Positions 59,268 to 64,000 of a stretch of 64,000 nucleotides of DNA are shown here, piece by piece. The stretch's first letter is position 1; every line of letters starts with the position of its first letter. The DNA is taken from IMG/VR virus record IMGVR_UViG_3300025889_017816, positions 32,001-96,000 of that record; one strand, written 5' to 3'. A model generated the notes under the pieces. The model was not told the origin of the DNA, did not search any database, and saw nothing but the letters and a program-made list of their open reading frames with translations. The stretch is from a virus. Both the position numbers and the translations under genes were made by a program.

Positions 59268-60066
59268 AATTATTATTTTTTATAAAAGTATACAGGCAAT
59301 TTGCAATAACTTTATAACCTTCTATGGTAGGATGAATACAATTTGCCAAATAGGTTAATGGCCATGGTAATTCTGTATAAGTACCAAAATGTTCATCATG
59401 GTTACAAAAACCATCTAAATCAGATAAAAGATTTATAAAATTTTTATATTGGTCATGTTTATGGTAGTAATTATCCCATTTAATTAAATTTGTGTATTTT
59501 TCTCCAATGTGATTTTTCAAATATCCAGGCAAAAAATATGGATCATATGCATTTGCAAATATGAATTTGAAATTATATCTTTCTGCAAAAGTTTGAGCTT
59601 CCAGTACCGCAGCTAAAAATTCCATACACATCATTGCAGGGCAAAAAATTTCGGTTCTATATGCATCCCACCAAGGCTTTGGTGGGTCGTGAGGTTGCGG
59701 CCAAGCCGTCCAAAACTTATAGTGTTGATCTGGGCGATCATTAAATGTGTCCCATCTCTCTAATCCTGGACACATTAAAATAATTATTCCGCTATCATTT
59801 TCCCAATCCACCTCGTCGGTTAAATAAAGTTGTTTTACAGCGGCCGTGTTGCCTATCCCTCTAACTCCTAAATTCACAGGAGTGTAATCGGTTAGATGAT
59901 CTCTACACAAAACATTAATCCAACTATTTTCGTGTTCATATCCTCTCAGATGTTCATCAGGAACCCCGCGCAAGTTTACACGACCATTGTATTGTTTCCA
60001 TATTTCTTCCGGATATCCACCTTCACCTTGAGCCCAACTACATCCCAACCCAACTATTTTTTTCAT
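59257..60066 (-). CDS. SGNH-like protein
   Basis: GCSWAQG, SW...L, NLG..G.GN, C-terminal HPT..GY..IA. Confidence 0.6.
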   Translation of the reverse strand: MKKIVGLGCSWAQGEGGYPEEIWKQYNGRVNLRGVPDEHLRGYEHENSWINVLCRDHLTDYTPVNLGVRGIGNTAAVKQLYLTDEVDWENDSGIIILMCPGLERWDTFNDRPDQHYKFWTAWPQPHDPPKPWWDAYRTEIFCPAMMCMEFLAAVLEAQTFAERYNFKFIFANAYDPYFLPGYLKNHIGEKYTNLIKWDNYYHKHDQYKNFINLLSDLDGFCNHDEHFGTYTELPWPLTYLANCIHPTIEGYKVIANCLYTFIKNNNYDT

Positions 60067-61376
60067 AGGAATTTACTCCAAAATGTTTTACTTAAATTTT
60101 TATCACGATAAACTTCTACCAATCTCTGGTAGTTATAATCTACAATCTCTAAGGTTTCTTCAAAAAATTTTTTCTTTGTTTCTAAATCCCATAGATTTAT
60201 TTCTTTACATATTTCACCTACTCTAATATATCGGTCATAATCATTTTGAATATCATCATAATCTTCAGGGAACCAATTTGAAAATGTTTTATAACCATGG
60301 TTTCTAAAATATCTCAAAACTCCTGGTGTGCTTAAAATCATAAAAGGTTTTTTATAATAAATTGGTTTATATGATTTTTCTGAAATTTGTTGGACAGCTC
60401 CGTTACCTTGTGTTTCAGTAACCAAACAAACCAAAGATGCTTCATACCAGGAGCGCAATTTCCTCATTGTATCTTGTACCATATCACCATAACTAGTATC
60501 AATGTCTACACGCAATGGTAACCTATTTTGTATGTTATTTAAATCTTCTTCAGTAAGTCCTATTCTTTGAGCAAATGTTCTATTAACCACATCCTTCCAT
60601 ACTTGTCCTGTACTATCCGGATGTTCTGCAGGCATACTAAAAAAACTATCTTTGAGTAAATCATTTTTGTAAAAATACATAAGAAGATTAATTCTGTGTT
60701 CTCTGTATCTTCTATTCAAACAAATAAATGTGGTTTTTATATTTTTAAAATCTTTATTTCCAATATAGTTGGATTGTGGCCCCTGAAAATTTCTAGAAAG
60801 ATGCCATTCATTGCTGTCCCAAAAAGTTATATTCATTCTTTGATCTATTGGGATGTTTTCATTATTACACCATTCCGTATATAATTCATTCCCGTTTGGG
60901 GCGCCGGACTGATAAAAAACTTTTGGTAAAGGTATATGATGTTCAGAAAAATATTTGTGCATTGTTTTATACAAATATGGATAAATTTCTGCCTCAACTG
61001 AATATTCTAACAACAAATAACCATTACCGGACCTTATTCCGTGTTTTATATGGCCAGGTGTATTACTAAGTTCAAACAACCCAGGAGAATGATCATAAAT
61101 GAAATAACCTGGAAAAGGTTTTTCATGATGTAGTTCAAAGGGATAAACAAAAGTATCTTCCGGTTTAATTTCTGATGATGGAATTAATTCAAAAACATCT
61201 TTCATAGTAGAAAAAAAATTTGAGTTTATTCCACTAGATCTCCATTTTTTTGATAATCTATTTGAGTGTTGTACCTCTTCGAGAACCGAAGATAATTGGT
61301 ATATGTTCGGTGTTTCTAGATTTGGTATTGGTCCGGTCGGACCAAACCAATCGTATACTATTTTAATTTTCTTCAT
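60063..61376 (-). CDS. GT10-like glycosyltransferase-family protein
   Basis: FICLNRR...HR, LVTET, ISEKSYKPI..KKPFMI, GYKTF.....E.YD.I. Confidence 0.55.
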   Translation of the reverse strand: MKKIKIVYDWFGPTGPIPNLETPNIYQLSSVLEEVQHSNRLSKKWRSSGINSNFFSTMKDVFELIPSSEIKPEDTFVYPFELHHEKPFPGYFIYDHSPGLFELSNTPGHIKHGIRSGNGYLLLEYSVEAEIYPYLYKTMHKYFSEHHIPLPKVFYQSGAPNGNELYTEWCNNENIPIDQRMNITFWDSNEWHLSRNFQGPQSNYIGNKDFKNIKTTFICLNRRYREHRINLLMYFYKNDLLKDSFFSMPAEHPDSTGQVWKDVVNRTFAQRIGLTEEDLNNIQNRLPLRVDIDTSYGDMVQDTMRKLRSWYEASLVCLVTETQGNGAVQQISEKSYKPIYYKKPFMILSTPGVLRYFRNHGYKTFSNWFPEDYDDIQNDYDRYIRVGEICKEINLWDLETKKKFFEETLEIVDYNYQRLVEVYRDKNLSKTFWSKFL

Positions 61377-62262
61377 TAGTAATTACCGTTATAATCCTAT
61401 TTGCTGCAGTTTGATGTCCTCTCCAACTTGGGTGTATTCCATCTACTCCTGCATGGATATGATACCAATCACAATGACCTTGTTGAAAATTTAAAATAAA
61501 AGGCTCAACAATTAAATGTGTTCTAAAAATTTCAAAATCATATTTCGGCCACATATCATCTAAAATAAAATTATAAACCTTAATATTAAGTGCTTGTAAA
61601 AATAAATTTACTTGATTGTAATATTGTACAAAGGAATTACTCCAAGTTTCTTGTACAACTGCACTTCTTAGAAAATTTTCCTGATATACATTCACTGCTT
61701 CGTCCCAAAGGTTTGTGGGGGTATTTGTTGGTAATAAATGTAATGCAGTACCTTCGTTATTGATACAATCAATTACCTTGGTTTGTCTTGACGGTTCTGG
61801 CCATACTATAAGGATTCTTTCTGGTTTTGGTCTATTTTGCATAAACCATCCGAAAATATTTAGACTTACATATTCTGGAGATCCACCACCTTTAGATATG
61901 TTCACAACATTTCTATTAAAATGTTCTTGATAATAATGATCCCAACGTTCCTTTAATCGCACACCAATGCCTTCTGGCACAGAACACCCTATTGCTAAAT
62001 CATAAGGACCTTTATTGATAATATCAAATTCATGAGTTCTATAACCATAGCTATTGAAAAAATAGAAATCATCTTCCAGATTTCTATATGGCCATTCTTC
62101 CTCTGAAACATTTTTAGGTATAATAACACTATCTACAAAATTATAATATAGATTTTCGTCCCACGTTCCTAAAAATTTTCTAGGTCCCAGGTGATTGTAA
62201 CCTTCCACATATTTTAATATGTCTCTATATAAATGATTTGGTTTAAAAGTCAAATTACGCAT
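61363..62262 (-). CDS. SGNH-like protein
   Basis: FNSYGYR..EF, GCS..EG.G, NIS..G.S, WP...R, DG.HP...H. Confidence 0.6.
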   Translation of the reverse strand: MRNLTFKPNHLYRDILKYVEGYNHLGPRKFLGTWDENLYYNFVDSVIIPKNVSEEEWPYRNLEDDFYFFNSYGYRTHEFDIINKGPYDLAIGCSVPEGIGVRLKERWDHYYQEHFNRNVVNISKGGGSPEYVSLNIFGWFMQNRPKPERILIVWPEPSRQTKVIDCINNEGTALHLLPTNTPTNLWDEAVNVYQENFLRSAVVQETWSNSFVQYYNQVNLFLQALNIKVYNFILDDMWPKYDFEIFRTHLIVEPFILNFQQGHCDWYHIHAGVDGIHPSWRGHQTAANRIITVITNEEN

Positions 62263-63227
62263 TATTTTCTCTTAGGTATAATGATATCAGTTCCACAAAC
62301 GCAATGATATTTATCACAAATTATACTTTTTGGTTTTACCTGTTCAACATCAGTTAAAATGTGACCAACCACACCAGAAACACCACAACTAGCCATGGTT
62401 ATTAATCCTGCGGGGTTAATAAAAACTGAATCTCCGATATCACATTCCCAACCTGTAAAAAAATTCTGACGGGCAATGATAATTTCATTACTGTTTATAA
62501 ATTTGTCTGTACCGTCTGACCATTTACCATAGGAAACAGCAACACTATCTTTAAATGGTTTGTTGGGGGCAAACTTAACTTCCAGATCTTGGTGATTTTC
62601 TATCCATTCATTTTTAGCAGAATCTTTATATTCCCATGGCTTTGCAAAAGCAGACATTTCATCAAACAAAGGTGTCCATTCAATATAATAACCAGGCAAT
62701 TCTCTCTTTAACATTTCACCATATTCTACAACTTCCCAAAATTTTTCATCATGTAATAAAAGTTTATTACAAAAGTAATTTATTTTATCGCATAAAAATA
62801 AACTATTTTTAAAATATCTTTCTTTGTTTACCCCTTCAATATGAAAACTAGCTACAATGTCATCAAAGAGCTGGTAATGAGATTTCCACCAAGATGTAGC
62901 TCTACTTAAATTAGTATTAATAGCTATTGTATTATTTGGTGTATTTTCTTTGAAAAACTCTACTACAGGAATTAAATTTTTCCAAATCGTTGGTTCTCCA
63001 CCACTCAAATATAACTTGAAAGCGTTATAACCATTTTCCTTGTAGATGTTAATTATTTTTTCTAGTTGACGAAGATATATATCCGTGTTATCATCATTTT
63101 TATGATTACCATTCCAATTACCTGGATTACAATAACTACAACTATAGTTACAATTATCGCTAACCTGCCAAGTAATGGCTAGATATTTTTCTTTAGGGTA
63201 TATTTCTTCTATTCTTGATTGGACCAT
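62262..63227 (-). CDS. Radical SAM protein with C-terminal Cys-rich (SPASM/twitch-like) domain
   Basis: CNYSCSYC, SGGEPT, NTNLS, SFH.E, N.F.GW.C, C....C.CG.D. Confidence 0.9.
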   Translation of the reverse strand: MVQSRIEEIYPKEKYLAITWQVSDNCNYSCSYCNPGNWNGNHKNDDNTDIYLRQLEKIINIYKENGYNAFKLYLSGGEPTIWKNLIPVVEFFKENTPNNTIAINTNLSRATSWWKSHYQLFDDIVASFHIEGVNKERYFKNSLFLCDKINYFCNKLLLHDEKFWEVVEYGEMLKRELPGYYIEWTPLFDEMSAFAKPWEYKDSAKNEWIENHQDLEVKFAPNKPFKDSVAVSYGKWSDGTDKFINSNEIIIARQNFFTGWECDIGDSVFINPAGLITMASCGVSGVVGHILTDVEQVKPKSIICDKYHCVCGTDIIIPKRK

Positions 63228-64000
63228 AAGTATAATTCTTTAAATTGAGGAATAGCTTCAAAAATATTTTCATTTCTTAATTCATCATAAGTTGCATTTA
63301 GTTTAAAAAATTCTTGGACTCCACCTTTATTGGATTTTACATGATCCAATGCTCCTATAATAGGTAATAATTTATCTATATAAGGATGAGATTCAGGAAA
63401 TTTAGTCCTCATATCATGATGGTGTTGTCTCCACATTTGCTGTACGTTCTTTGCTATATGTAGAGGTAAAATATCTATAGATTGATACCAAGGATAAGTT
63501 AGAATATTCAATCTCATACTATTTTCTGAAAAATCTATTATTTCATTTTTAATTAACCATTCATGTAATTTTGGGAAATCAAAAATGTTGTATAAAGATA
63601 TAGTAGGTGTTATACCAAATTTAACATGGGGGACTTCTTTTTTTAATTCGTTAATGTTTTTAACAATTTGCTCCCAATTTGCACCATGTCGAAGAAATTG
63701 TATGACATCTCCCATTGCATCTAAACTGGCCCATATTTGAACGTTTTTAAATTTTTTCCAATAATCTATAGCATTTTTATCTTTATATCTTAAGGTCAAA
63801 AAATTTGTCGTATATGTTAATTCCACATCTGTGTGATGATTTTCCAACCAATAATCTAAAATATCATAATGCTCTTTGGTTATCAAAGATTCTCCGCCAG
63901 CAAAATATACCTCTTCCACATCAAGAAGATAAGGCTCCAATTTATTTAAAAGATTATTTTTTTCATTATTAGAAACTACAATTTTTTTCATGTTAAAAAA
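63209..64000 (-). CDS. Radical SAM protein, C-terminal part (N-terminus beyond window)
   Basis: YFAGGE.L....H, Y.TN, ASLD.......R....W; frame is open to the window edge, CxxxCxxC not visible. Confidence 0.75.
   Translation of the reverse strand, partial: FFNMKKIVVSNNEKNNLLNKLEPYLLDVEEVYFAGGESLITKEHYDILDYWLENHHTDVELTYTTNFLTLRYKDKNAIDYWKKFKNVQIWASLDAMGDVIQFLRHGANWEQIVKNINELKKEVPHVKFGITPTISLYNIFDFPKLHEWLIKNEIIDFSENSMRLNILTYPWYQSIDILPLHIAKNVQQMWRQHHHDMRTKFPESHPYIDKLLPIIGALDHVKSNKGGVQEFFKLNATYDELRNENIFEAIPQFKELYLWSNQE

Noticed and set aside
46350-64000. Complete saxitoxin or aminoglycoside cluster
   Set aside because: No PKS, cyclitol synthase, aminotransferase or exporter in the window; only shared enzyme families
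1-64000. Stop-codon reassignment, tRNA/rRNA genes, introns or inteins
   Set aside because: Genes are intact under the standard code, with TAA, TAG and TGA all used as stops; intergenic gaps are small and no such elements were recognised by eye (tRNAscan/Infernal not run)

Overview
This window is a 64 kb segment of a large AT-rich T4-like myovirus genome; gene order resembles environmental and cyanophage-type T4 relatives. Bases 1-40.6 kb are the virion module: gp17 (N-terminus only), gp16, gp15, gp14, gp13, three large fibre proteins with accessory genes, a split VrlC/DUF4815-like protein, then gp8, gp7, gp6, gp25, gp5 (C-terminal M15 peptidase), gp27-like, gp53, gp48, gp4, gp2, gp54, gp26, gp51 and a gp29-like gene. 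Bases 40.6-46.3 kb hold gp32, gp59, gp33, SleB, an exonuclease, PhoH, FmdB and ligase. Bases 46.3-64 kb are a tightly coupled 15-gene, more AT-rich tailoring operon: carbamoyltransferase, amidinotransferase, NDP-sugar dehydrogenase, three radical SAM enzymes, four SGNH-like proteins and five GT10-like proteins. Top leads are (1) a probable programmed -1 frameshift (T TTT TTC) fusing gp26 to a start-less gp51 just upstream of the tape-measure-like gene, mirroring lambda G/GT/H; (2) the alternating enzyme/glycosyltransferase operon; (3) a fibre, 58-aa peptide and sigma70-driven glycosyltransferase cassette; (4) shared C-terminal DGGT(Y/F) motifs on fibre proteins. All calls come from motif recognition and synteny by eye; no searches were run.
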